DNA of 33,504 nt, taken from positions 27,114 to 60,617 of the forward strand of contig JAYNUL010000001.1 of the NCBI GenBank assembly GCA_038281125.1, written 5' to 3'. The first letter of the stretch is position 1. The number at the start of each line of letters is the position of its first letter. Of the stretch, positions 18,438-27,756 are shown piece after piece. The stretch is from Fidelibacterota bacterium (lineage in GTDB: Bacteria > Fidelibacterota > Marinisomatia > Marinisomatales > UBA1611). A program made the position numbers and the translations under genes. The notes under the pieces were generated by a model. That model did not search any database. It saw only the letters and a list, made by a program, of their open reading frames with translations, and was not told the DNA's origin.

Positions 18438-21400
18438 TTAGAGAGATAGGTTAATACCTACGTTAATTCGTCTTGGTTCACCATACCAGTCTGGCTTTAG
18501 CAAGTGTTCATTGAGATGACCTATCCTTCCAGGATCGGTAAGAGAGACATCTTTTGCAGTAAGTGTATATGTTGATCGCCCGGTGTCATTCCATACAGAG
18601 AATTCATTTTGTACATCAAGGAGGTTATAAATATTGCAATATATATTTGATTTTAGCCCAAGCAGATTAATAGAATATGATGCACGAAGGTCCAAATCAA
18701 ATACGTTTGGTTTTCTCTCGCTGTTATCAGCAAAGCCGGCAAATGCTCCTGACCCTGAGACCACACCAGTCTTAAACTCAGGCGTGTATGGTTTTCCTGT
18801 CCACAGTTTACCAATGGAGCTTATGATCCAATTTTTCCCGCCAATTGTCCCACGAAAATTAAGTGTGTGAGTCTGATCCCAGTCAAGAGGTAACATATTC
18901 AATCTTGGTGCCTGATTATCTTGAGCATCAAAATATGCATCTTGTGGGTTGGAATATGTACCTTCCGCGATCATCCAGGTATAATCAATACCACCTCCAA
19001 ACCTACCCGTGAATTGTCGATCTAAAACAAGAGTGAACCCGCGCGTATTTGCATAGTCTTTATTCTCATATTTTCTGTAGTTCCCCACTGGGTATTTTTT
19101 TATCGCGGTGCTTACCCCAACCCAGTCTCTGGTATCCCGGTAAAATACAGTAAGGTCGATAGATGTTCTGTAAGCGATCTCTTGTTTAAATCCAATCTCA
19201 TACATGACTGTCTTTTCAGGTTTTAGCGCTGCGTTGCCAAGTATCCCACCGTTATTATTGTTTGTAATTTCAAATTCAGGATTCTCATATAAAAAACTAA
19301 AATTTGGTACCTGAAAGAAGTGCCCATAAGAAACATGAACGACACCTTTGTCAGTGATTGGATAGGCTATCCCAATCCGAGGACTTATCTGGAAAGATGA
19401 CTTTACCTTCTTATATCCGTATCCCCACCTATAGGCATCACGATAATCCATTAGTTGTCTGTTAAAAGCCTGACCATATGACTCTACCGTTGAATCAAAC
19501 TCGACTCCAGCAGTGAAAAGATTTTCAATCGAAACTGCTCCCTGTTGGCTAATAGAATCAATAATGGATACATCACTATGTAATATTGAAAAATCGTGTT
19601 CCCAAAAAACGGATGTATCCCTTTTTGTTGTTGCAAGATAATATTTTAGGTTGCCAGGGAGTTGCTCATTCATGGGGACTTTCCACGCTGGATCAAAATA
19701 GTCAAAACGCGTACCTGCGTTGATAATTAATTCATCTAATTCAATTTTATCTTGAATATATATTGATAGCTCTTTGGGACTAACTCTAAAATAGTCATGC
19801 TCAGAGGTATAGGTGGGATTAATTACTGGAGTAAATGGACTGATTCTCCCTCCTGCAAGAGGATTGTATCCAAGAGTATCCCCACTCTGTGTAATAGACC
19901 ACTCGCCGACCGTTTTATAGTTTAAAAACTTATCATCTGCCCAAATATCATATACTTTATAAAGTATTCCTGCTTTAATCAAATGAATAGGATTTAATTG
20001 AGAGGAAAGATCAAGTTTTATTTGTTTAAAAGATGTGTTCCTGCTAAACCGTCCATTTTGAGTCCCTCCCATTCCAAATGACCAAGCCGGAGTGATAAAC
20101 TGATCACCCGCAACATACCCTGTTTGATCCCTCATATCAATGACCTCATACATGTCATTACCAATCGGGGTTACGTTATACCGTGAAAGGTCCTGAAATA
20201 AATCATAGCCAGTTCTAACCTGTATTGAATCATTCAAATTGATACCATTGAGCTCGTTCTGATCCATTATGACTTTTGAGTATGGCACATCATTCTGATC
20301 ATAAAGCCTCTGGTTATAGCCGCTGCTAAAATCAAGGTATTTAAGTTCATAAAAAGTGTTTTGACTTAAACTGTGAGTTAGGGAAAACATATGGGACTGA
20401 TCAGATTCATAGTTCCAGAGTAAACCCTCTGGATTATACTTATAGTAACTGTCATAGTTTTTATAGGATTTTTCAGTTATATAACCAGTGTAACTCGCCT
20501 TAATCCCTGATCGAATTTTATACGTAAGCTTGAACTGGCCTGATAGTCTTTTAAATGGTGACAATGGGACAATCTTCTCATCACTAAATAAGCCTGTCGG
20601 AGTGAATAATTTCCTACCATAATAACGTCCTGATGATTGGAAATATCTGAAAGTGGAGTAAAAGGTTAGCCTGTCACCAAAAATGGGAACCGGGCCGCTC
20701 AAACTCCCAGAAACATTAGATTGTTGAAAAATATTTTCAAAAATATTTAAATACTTTGTATATCCATCATCATCTAAACTGAATTCATGCTCACCCCAAT
20801 CTCTGCGCCCGTTCCCCTCTCCAGGGCTTGGTTGCGTAGTTTTTCCATCACCGTTGTAATCATAATAGTCTCCAAGGTGCCCGTCATAACCAACATCATC
20901 GTTCAAAGGCTCAGAGCCTTCATCTCCATCCCAGGTTTGATTACCGTTTCTGTCCCAATAAATTTCCCCCTCGTCCCAGATACCATTATTATTTAAATCG
21001 TAAAGAATTTCACCATAATCCCAGTTTCCGTCACCGTTAATATCCGTAAAAGATTGCCAATTGGAAAAGGGTGACGATAGCGAATATATGTCTGAATGAT
21101 TTGAATGATAACCTCCTGCATAGAAGTCAAGATTCCCATCATAATTCTGACCTCCGTCCTTGGTTACCACATTTACAATACCGGACATTGCCTGCCCGTA
21201 CTCCGCGTTAAAAGTACCCGAGATTACCTGAACCTCTTGAATACCAGCATTCTCAATCTCCAAGCCAGAGCTACCGTCATAAGAGTCCGTAGTAGCAACA
21301 CCATCTACCCAAAAAGAAACTTCACTGCTGCGCCCGCCCCTTACATGAAAACCACCATTTGGATCACGCACAATTCCAGCCTGCAGCTCGATTATATCCC

Positions 21401-21830
21401 CCACATCAGTTACTGGTAAATTTTCGATATCTTCAGAACTCACTACCGCGGACATTGATGTTTGATCTAATCGAACAGTGGGCTTTTCTGCAGTTACGAC
21501 TATTTCCTCTCCTTCTATTGTCTCTGGCCTTAAGGAAAAATCAGCTCTTGCTGTTAGATCCACTATAACCTGTGCGCCCTCGATAGTTACAGTGCCGTAT
21601 CCAATCATTGAAGCAGAGATTTGATATATTCCAGGTGGAACGTTCAAAATAAAGTATTCACCCTCAAGATTAGTAGCAGCACCGTAGGAAGTGCCCTTAA
21701 CAATGATATTACATCCTATCAGAGGCTCATCGTTCTCATCTGCAACCCTCCCAGATATTTTCCCAGTTGTACCCGCGTACAATAATTGTGACAATAAAAA
21801 GATGGTAATGATGAATTTTAAATTTTTCAC
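18438..21830 (-). CDS. TonB-dependent receptor with N-terminal carboxypeptidase-regulatory-like domain (non-SusC type)
   Basis: GTG start and signal peptide; GKISGRV.D...EPLIGCNI...G.YFILNVPPG.Y; plug FHVRGGRS.EV...ISGTFNAEYGQAMSGIVNVVTK; barrel motifs SPRIGIAYP, SYGHFFQ, LKPEKTVMYEIG, NIYNLLD, PRRINVGINLSL. Confidence 0.92.
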   Translation of the reverse strand: MKNLKFIITIFLLSQLLYAGTTGKISGRVADENDEPLIGCNIIVKGTSYGAATNLEGEYFILNVPPGIYQISASMIGYGTVTIEGAQVIVDLTARADFSLRPETIEGEEIVVTAEKPTVRLDQTSMSAVVSSEDIENLPVTDVGDIIELQAGIVRDPNGGFHVRGGRSSEVSFWVDGVATTDSYDGSSGLEIENAGIQEVQVISGTFNAEYGQAMSGIVNVVTKDGGQNYDGNLDFYAGGYHSNHSDIYSLSSPFSNWQSFTDINGDGNWDYGEILYDLNNNGIWDEGEIYWDRNGNQTWDGDEGSEPLNDDVGYDGHLGDYYDYNGDGKTTQPSPGEGNGRRDWGEHEFSLDDDGYTKYLNIFENIFQQSNVSGSLSGPVPIFGDRLTFYSTFRYFQSSGRYYGRKLFTPTGLFSDEKIVPLSPFKRLSGQFKLTYKIRSGIKASYTGYITEKSYKNYDSYYKYNPEGLLWNYESDQSHMFSLTHSLSQNTFYELKYLDFSSGYNQRLYDQNDVPYSKVIMDQNELNGINLNDSIQVRTGYDLFQDLSRYNVTPIGNDMYEVIDMRDQTGYVAGDQFITPAWSFGMGGTQNGRFSRNTSFKQIKLDLSSQLNPIHLIKAGILYKVYDIWADDKFLNYKTVGEWSITQSGDTLGYNPLAGGRISPFTPVINPTYTSEHDYFRVSPKELSIYIQDKIELDELIINAGTRFDYFDPAWKVPMNEQLPGNLKYYLATTKRDTSVFWEHDFSILHSDVSIIDSISQQGAVSIENLFTAGVEFDSTVESYGQAFNRQLMDYRDAYRWGYGYKKVKSSFQISPRIGIAYPITDKGVVHVSYGHFFQVPNFSFLYENPEFEITNNNNGGILGNAALKPEKTVMYEIGFKQEIAYRTSIDLTVFYRDTRDWVGVSTAIKKYPVGNYRKYENKDYANTRGFTLVLDRQFTGRFGGGIDYTWMIAEGTYSNPQDAYFDAQDNQAPRLNMLPLDWDQTHTLNFRGTIGGKNWIISSIGKLWTGKPYTPEFKTGVVSGSGAFAGFADNSERKPNVFDLDLRASYSINLLGLKSNIYCNIYNLLDVQNEFSVWNDTGRSTYTLTAKDVSLTDPGRIGHLNEHLLKPDWYGEPRRINVGINLSL

Positions 21831-21880
21831 AATGTTATAGATTAAGGGACTACTATATGCCGTAAATGTTTAAATTATCT

Positions 21881-21908
21881 ATTAGTAACTCTATTTAGAG
21901 TTATTAAT
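21881..21908. promoter_or_regulatory. Palindromic candidate operator, copy 2 (divergent receptor/trmB intergenic region)
   Basis: ATTAGTAACTCTA-TT-TAGAGTTATTAAT: 13-bp arms with 1 mismatch, near the middle of the 139-bp divergent spacer. Confidence 0.72.
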
Positions 21909-21969
21909 TTAAGTGCAAATAAATGCAATCTAAAATTAATTTTTAACTGTAAACAGAATTGCTTGAAAG

Positions 21970-22767
21970 ATGAAAGAAATTCAAAGTTTTTTGGTGAAAT
22001 TTGGCTTTACAAATAATGCTGCCAAAGCATACACAGCACTCTTAAAGAATAGTCCTTCCACAGGGTACGAGATCAGCTCTCAGACTGATATCCCCAGGTC
22101 GGCAATTTATAATGTATTGAATAGGCTTGTTAGTCAGGGCTATGCAAATAGCGTAGGTGATTCTCCTAAAAGATACATCCCTCTTCAGCCACCTGCTTTA
22201 ATTGCTCTATTAAACCAATCACACAATGAAAAGTTAGATGGCTTAGAAGAAGCAATTAAAAATATTGAAATCGATGATCAAACTTTTGATTTTTGGCACT
22301 TGCATGGATATCGGAATATCATATTAAAAGCAAAAGAGCTAGTTAAGAATGCCAAGAAAAAGATAGTAATCAGTGGATGGAAAAGAGAAATTGTTGAAAT
22401 AAAAAAAGAACTGATTTCTGCAAAGAAACGAGGAATTGAGAATACTATATTTTCTTTTACGAGTATAGATAAAAGTCTGGGGAAAATAGTTTCATACGAG
22501 CTTAATGAAGATGATTTAAGAAAAATATGGACACCAAAAATCATTATGATTGTAGATAACCAACATACAATTATGGGTAGTACAAAAAAAACAGATGACT
22601 GTAAAGCTATTCTAACAAAGAATACCGCCATTAATGAAATTGCAACGAATCACATCATCCTAGATATCACACTTGCAGGGCGCCGTTTAGGATTTGAATC
22701 TGATTCCTATGTAAAAAATATCATGCGTGATCCAGCTGAAAATCTGCAGCACTTGTTAAACGTTTAA
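21970..22767 (+). CDS. TrmB-family transcriptional regulator
   Basis: N-terminal winged HTH (GFT..AAKAYTALL....TGYEIS..TDIPRSAIYNVLNRLVSQG..P.RY.P), a linker helix, and a C-terminal effector domain (G..NI....ELVKNAKKKIVIS...IMIVDN). Confidence 0.85.
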   Translation: MKEIQSFLVKFGFTNNAAKAYTALLKNSPSTGYEISSQTDIPRSAIYNVLNRLVSQGYANSVGDSPKRYIPLQPPALIALLNQSHNEKLDGLEEAIKNIEIDDQTFDFWHLHGYRNIILKAKELVKNAKKKIVISGWKREIVEIKKELISAKKRGIENTIFSFTSIDKSLGKIVSYELNEDDLRKIWTPKIIMIVDNQHTIMGSTKKTDDCKAILTKNTAINEIATNHIILDITLAGRRLGFESDSYVKNIMRDPAENLQHLLNV

Positions 22768-22804
22768 TTAGCATAATCATTGCTGTAAGGTTGAACATAT
22801 TTTG

Positions 22805-24307
22805 ATGGAAAGGTATTCAAATAAACAAAGATCAAGCGGAGTTTTATTGCATATTTCCTCTCTACCAGGTCCATATGGTATTGGCGAAATTGGAAATGAG
22901 GCAAAAGCTTTTATAAATGATCTTGTTACGATGAATCAACAATATTGGCAAATTCTTCCCACAAATTATCCAGAAAGACATAATAGCCCATATGACACTA
23001 ATTCTGCCTTTGCTCAAAATCCGTTTTTAATTAGCTTAGATGGATTAATAGAAGATGGGCTTCTAAGTGAATCTGATTTGGAACCAATACCAGAATTCAC
23101 AATTAATAAGGTTGAGTTTGAAAAGTTAAAAAAATGGAAACATATACTTCTTAGTAAAGCTGCAACCAATTTTTCAAATACAGATAACAATGATCTAGTT
23201 AATTATCATGAATTTTGTGAAAAGCAAGGGTTTTGGCTCAATGGTTATGCAACTTTTATGGTATTAAAAGAAATGCAAGACCAAACAGATTGGTCTTATT
23301 GGGAGTTAAAGTATAGAAAGTTCAATGAGAATATCCTTGATGAAATAGAATCCATAAAAAAAAGTGAGATTGAAGAAATAAAAATATTACAATACTTATT
23401 TCACAAACAATGGAAGACACTGAAAACATTTGCCAATGATAAAGGAATTAAATTAATTGGAGACATTCCTATTTACATATCTTTCAACAGCGCAGATGTG
23501 TGGACAAACCAAGAACTTTTTAAATTAGATAAAAGTTGTAAAATGAAGTGCCAGTCCGGGGTACCTCCAGATCATTTTATGGAATCCGGACAGCTATGGG
23601 GGCACCCTATATATAACTGGGAGGAACATGAAAATTCAGGTTTTTCATGGTGGGTAAATCGTATAAACCACACGATGCAATACGTTGATTTAATAAGAAT
23701 TGATCATTTTAATGGTTTTGCAAAATATTGGGAGGTCCCGATTCAGGATTTAGATGCAGCCGGAGGTCGGTGGGTCAAGGCTAAAGGAATCGAGCTTCTT
23801 AAAGAAGTCTTTAAGAACAATAATAAGGTTAACCTAATTGCTGAAGACCTAGGCGAGGCATCTGTTGATGCTGCGGTATTACGAAATAAATATGGTATTC
23901 CTGGGATGAATGTACTGCAGTTTCTATTTTATGATGGGGATAGTATTGATAACATTGAAGAGAATACAGTTTTGTATACAGGCACACATGATAACGACAC
24001 CTCGATTGGTTGGTTTGAGTCTTTAAATAATAAACTGTCTATTGATGAGATCAATGATCTTAAAAATATTTTAAATTCAGATTCGAAAGGTATGAATTGG
24101 TCAATGATAGAATTTTCTTTCCAAGCACGCGCAAAAACCGTAATTGTACCAGTCCAAGATATTTTAGGATTAGGTTCAGATTCACGAATGAATACTCCAG
24201 GCACCATTAGTGAAAATAATTGGTCATGGAGGATGGATAGTAGCGAACTAAAGGATACGATGTTGAGAAAAATGAGAGACATTACTGAAGAGGCAAACAG
24301 AGCATGA
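22805..24307 (+). CDS. malQ: 4-alpha-glucanotransferase (amylomaltase, GH77)
   Basis: RSSGVLLHISSLPG, WQILP, IGDIPIY, SGVPPD.F...GQLWG.P; catalytic RIDHF, IAEDLG and TGTHDNDT; RMNTPG, NWSWR. ATG 22805 follows TTG 22802. Confidence 0.95.
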   Translation: MERYSNKQRSSGVLLHISSLPGPYGIGEIGNEAKAFINDLVTMNQQYWQILPTNYPERHNSPYDTNSAFAQNPFLISLDGLIEDGLLSESDLEPIPEFTINKVEFEKLKKWKHILLSKAATNFSNTDNNDLVNYHEFCEKQGFWLNGYATFMVLKEMQDQTDWSYWELKYRKFNENILDEIESIKKSEIEEIKILQYLFHKQWKTLKTFANDKGIKLIGDIPIYISFNSADVWTNQELFKLDKSCKMKCQSGVPPDHFMESGQLWGHPIYNWEEHENSGFSWWVNRINHTMQYVDLIRIDHFNGFAKYWEVPIQDLDAAGGRWVKAKGIELLKEVFKNNNKVNLIAEDLGEASVDAAVLRNKYGIPGMNVLQFLFYDGDSIDNIEENTVLYTGTHDNDTSIGWFESLNNKLSIDEINDLKNILNSDSKGMNWSMIEFSFQARAKTVIVPVQDILGLGSDSRMNTPGTISENNWSWRMDSSELKDTMLRKMRDITEEANRA

Positions 24308-25947
24308 ATGAACAATTTGAAATAGCATATTTTTCTGCTGAAATAGGTATATCATCAAGCATACCAACATACAGCGGAGGATTGGGAGTGTTAGCAGGGG
24401 ACCATATAAAATCGGCAGGAGATGCAAATTTAAGCATGTGCGCTATTACGTTACTATATAAGGAGGGATATTTCAAACAACGCATTGATGAAAATGGCGT
24501 GCAAACAGAAACCTATCCAAGATTTGACCCCGACCCATTGATAAAACAATTAGATTTACGTTTTTCACTTGAGCTTCAAAACAGGGAAGTATTTATACAG
24601 GTGTTTAAATTTGATTATACATCAAACTCTGGCCACCGCGTCCCAATATACTTTTTAGATACAGACTTAGACGTAAACACAAAAGAAGATCGTAGTATTA
24701 CCCATAGACTTTATTCTGGAGACAAAGATCACAGGATCCTTCAAGAATCCATTCTTGGTTTTGGTGGAATAAAACTATTAGAAAGTCTGAAGCAAAATAA
24801 TATTAAAACCTATCACATGAATGAGGGACATTGTTCATTTTTAACCCTTAGTCTTTTGGATAAATTTGGTGGAGATGAAGAGAAAGTGAGAGCTCTTTGC
24901 CACTTCACTACTCATACTCCTGTTCCTGCGGGGCACGACCATTTTTCAATGGACCGTGTAAAAACTAAACTCAATGGTCTGCTGCCAAATGATTTAACGT
25001 TGCCTTCAATAAAAGATTCGCAAAGATTGCACATGACAGAACTTGGATTACATTTTAGCAGAACTGCTAATGGAGTGTCAGAGCTGCATGGCGATGTTGC
25101 ACAGAATCAGTTTCCATGGAAGGATATTGGATATATAACCAATGGCGTACATCACAGCTATTGGATGGGTACATCTTTAAAAGGTGTTTTTGATAAGCAT
25201 CTACCTGGGTGGAGACTTGATCCAGACAAGTTACTTCAAATTGATTCAATTCCTGATAAGGTTCTTCAAAAGGCGCATCTAGATAGGAAAAAAAAGTTGA
25301 TTTCTTATGCCAACTCTCAGACTGGAAAAGTATTAGACCTGGATACACTAACCATCGGATTTGCAAGGCGGTCTGCAACATACAAAAGAGCTCAATTACT
25401 CTTTTATAACCTAGAAAGACTTCGACAGCTAGGGCAAAAGAAGATTCAAATAATCTATTCAGGAAAAGCACATCCAAATGATGGAGAAGGTAAAGAATTA
25501 ATCCGCGAAATTGTTCAAAAATCCCATAACCTATTTGGATCAATTAAAGTTATATATCTTGAAAATTATGATATGTGGCTTGGAAGATTGATTACCTCAG
25601 GAGTTGATGTTTGGCTAAATACACCACTTAGACCGAACGAAGCATCAGGCACAAGTGGAATGAAAGCAACCTTGAATGGTGTTCCTAATCTTTCTGTCTT
25701 AGATGGTTGGTGGGCCGAAGGGTGCAATCACAAGGTTAATGGCTGGGCTATAGGGGATCCAAGTGATCCAAATGATGAGAAAGATTCCGATCACTTGTAT
25801 CATCTACTAGAAGATCAAATTATTCCAATGTTTTACCAAGATAAAGAAAAGTGGGTTGCTATGATGAAAGAAGCTATTAAAACAGGAGTAGGGTATACAG
25901 CATATAGAATGATAAGTGAATATAAAAATAAATATTACAAGGTATAG
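24304..25947 (+). CDS. glgP: Alpha-glucan (maltodextrin/glycogen) phosphorylase, GT35, compact 547-aa form
   Basis: IAYFSAE, YSGGLGVLAGDH, HMNEGH, FTTHTPVPAGHD, ITNGVH, GFARR.ATYKR, GKAHP, and the PLP-lysine motif EASGTSGMKA. Confidence 0.93.
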   Translation: MNEQFEIAYFSAEIGISSSIPTYSGGLGVLAGDHIKSAGDANLSMCAITLLYKEGYFKQRIDENGVQTETYPRFDPDPLIKQLDLRFSLELQNREVFIQVFKFDYTSNSGHRVPIYFLDTDLDVNTKEDRSITHRLYSGDKDHRILQESILGFGGIKLLESLKQNNIKTYHMNEGHCSFLTLSLLDKFGGDEEKVRALCHFTTHTPVPAGHDHFSMDRVKTKLNGLLPNDLTLPSIKDSQRLHMTELGLHFSRTANGVSELHGDVAQNQFPWKDIGYITNGVHHSYWMGTSLKGVFDKHLPGWRLDPDKLLQIDSIPDKVLQKAHLDRKKKLISYANSQTGKVLDLDTLTIGFARRSATYKRAQLLFYNLERLRQLGQKKIQIIYSGKAHPNDGEGKELIREIVQKSHNLFGSIKVIYLENYDMWLGRLITSGVDVWLNTPLRPNEASGTSGMKATLNGVPNLSVLDGWWAEGCNHKVNGWAIGDPSDPNDEKDSDHLYHLLEDQIIPMFYQDKEKWVAMMKEAIKTGVGYTAYRMISEYKNKYYKV

Positions 25948-25956
25948 GGTATAATA

Positions 25957-27756
25957 ATGGAAAGAATTGACCTCATCATTATAATTGTCTATCTGCTTGC
26001 GATTGTGATTGTAGGCCTTGTCATGCAGAAAAGAGCATCAAAAGATATTGATTCCTATTTTTTAGGAGATCGGAAATTACCCTGGTGGGTACTTGGTGCA
26101 TCCGGAATGGCATCCAATACTGATATTGCTGGCACAATGATTAACACAGCGTTTATCTATGCCCTTGGTACGAAAGGATTTTTTATTGAAATACGTGGTG
26201 GCGTAACCCTCATCATGGCTTTTTTAATGGTGTTCATGGGTAAATGGAATAGGCGGTCAAGGGTCATGACCCAGGCAGAGTGGATGCACTTTAGATTTGG
26301 AACTGGTAAAGAGGGAGATACCGCAAGAATTATTGCCGCATTTGCCTCAATAATTATGACAATTGCAATGGTAACCTATTTTGTAATTGGAGCAGGAAAA
26401 TTTGTGGGTTCATTTTTAGGGATCGAGCCTATCTATGCCTCACTTGTCATGGTAATATTGGCAATGATCTATACGGTTGCTAGTGGATTATATGGTGTAG
26501 TATGGACCGATGTTTTCCAGGGTGTTTTTATTTTTGGCGTTATTATTTACATATCATCAATGGCAATGAGCCTTGTAGATCTTCCCGAAGAGTTTATGGT
26601 CTCTGTACCTATGCTAGATGGTTCATTTACTACGATCAAGACCACTCTCTCTGAGTGGTCCAGAATCACCCCCCCAAATGAGATGAACATGCCTGCTGGT
26701 TCTACATTTGAAATTTATAACCTCTTTGGTATTGCGATTATGTTCTATCTTTTTAAGGTAACCTTGGAAGGATCTAGTGGGGCTGGCGGCTACATGCTGC
26801 AACGATATTTTGCCGCAAGGAGCGACAGGGAAGCTGGACTACTATCTTTGTTTTGGACTTCTCTTCTGGCTTTTCGTTGGCCTTTAATTGCATCCTTTGC
26901 GATGCTAGGCATACACCATGGATTAAATCCAGAATATAATGTTATCGCTGATCCTGAGCTGGTGCTGCCAACCGTAATTAAGCATTATATCCCTACGGGT
27001 GTAAAAGGCTTCTTAATGGCAGGATTAATGGCGGCTGCTATGTCTACTTTTGATTCAACCGTTAACGCAGGTGCTGCCTATTGGGTAAAAGACCTCTATC
27101 AAACCTATTTACGACCTAATGCAACAGAAAAGGATTTAATGTTCCAGGGCCGAGTTGCATCTCTAGTCATTGTTGCGCTGGCACTATTATTCAGTCTTAC
27201 AATTAGGAATATTAATGAGATCTGGGGCTGGATTACCATGGGAATCGGTGCAGGAATGTTCATTCCTCAGGTAATACGCTGGTACTGGTGGAGGTTTAAT
27301 GGATACGGCTTTGCCATCGGGACCGCCTTTGGAATGATCGCGGCTGTGCTTACCAAGGCATTTGGAGGCCCTCTTCCTGAATACACCTCCTTTCTTATCG
27401 CCAGCGGAAGTTCTTTAGTGGGATGTTTGGTCGGTACTTTTTATACAGAGCCGACTGAAGATAAAGTATTATTTAATTTTTATAAAATAACTCGTCCTTT
27501 CGGCGCTTGGGAAAGTGTTCGAAACCAGCTGCCTAATGACATCCTGATAAAAATTAATGAGGAAAATAAACGAGACATTATTGCAACATTTTTCGCGGTA
27601 CCATGGCAGATCGTACTTTTTTTAACTGGAATGATGATCGTACTAAAGCAGTGGTCGAATGTTTTAAATTTATTGACCCTCCTTGTAGTTCTTTCTGCAG
27701 GCCTTTATTGGTTCTGGTTTAGGCATCTTTCAAGCGAGGTCAAGGTCGACTCATGA
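25957..27756 (+). CDS. Sodium:solute symporter (SSS/SLC5) family transporter, probably for glucose/malto-oligosaccharides
   Basis: Many TM helices; YFLGDRKLPWW, YT..SGLYGVVWTD..Q, QRYFAARS, GLMAAAMSTFDS. Substrate is inferred from context only. Confidence 0.88.
   Translation: MERIDLIIIIVYLLAIVIVGLVMQKRASKDIDSYFLGDRKLPWWVLGASGMASNTDIAGTMINTAFIYALGTKGFFIEIRGGVTLIMAFLMVFMGKWNRRSRVMTQAEWMHFRFGTGKEGDTARIIAAFASIIMTIAMVTYFVIGAGKFVGSFLGIEPIYASLVMVILAMIYTVASGLYGVVWTDVFQGVFIFGVIIYISSMAMSLVDLPEEFMVSVPMLDGSFTTIKTTLSEWSRITPPNEMNMPAGSTFEIYNLFGIAIMFYLFKVTLEGSSGAGGYMLQRYFAARSDREAGLLSLFWTSLLAFRWPLIASFAMLGIHHGLNPEYNVIADPELVLPTVIKHYIPTGVKGFLMAGLMAAAMSTFDSTVNAGAAYWVKDLYQTYLRPNATEKDLMFQGRVASLVIVALALLFSLTIRNINEIWGWITMGIGAGMFIPQVIRWYWWRFNGYGFAIGTAFGMIAAVLTKAFGGPLPEYTSFLIASGSSLVGCLVGTFYTEPTEDKVLFNFYKITRPFGAWESVRNQLPNDILIKINEENKRDIIATFFAVPWQIVLFLTGMMIVLKQWSNVLNLLTLLVVLSAGLYWFWFRHLSSEVKVDS

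Noticed and set aside
21831-21969. Specific sigma70 -35/-10 promoter calls in the divergent spacer (also at 13384-13464 and 1624-1711)
   Set aside because: Several weak AT-rich candidates with imperfect spacing; none can be singled out from sequence alone.
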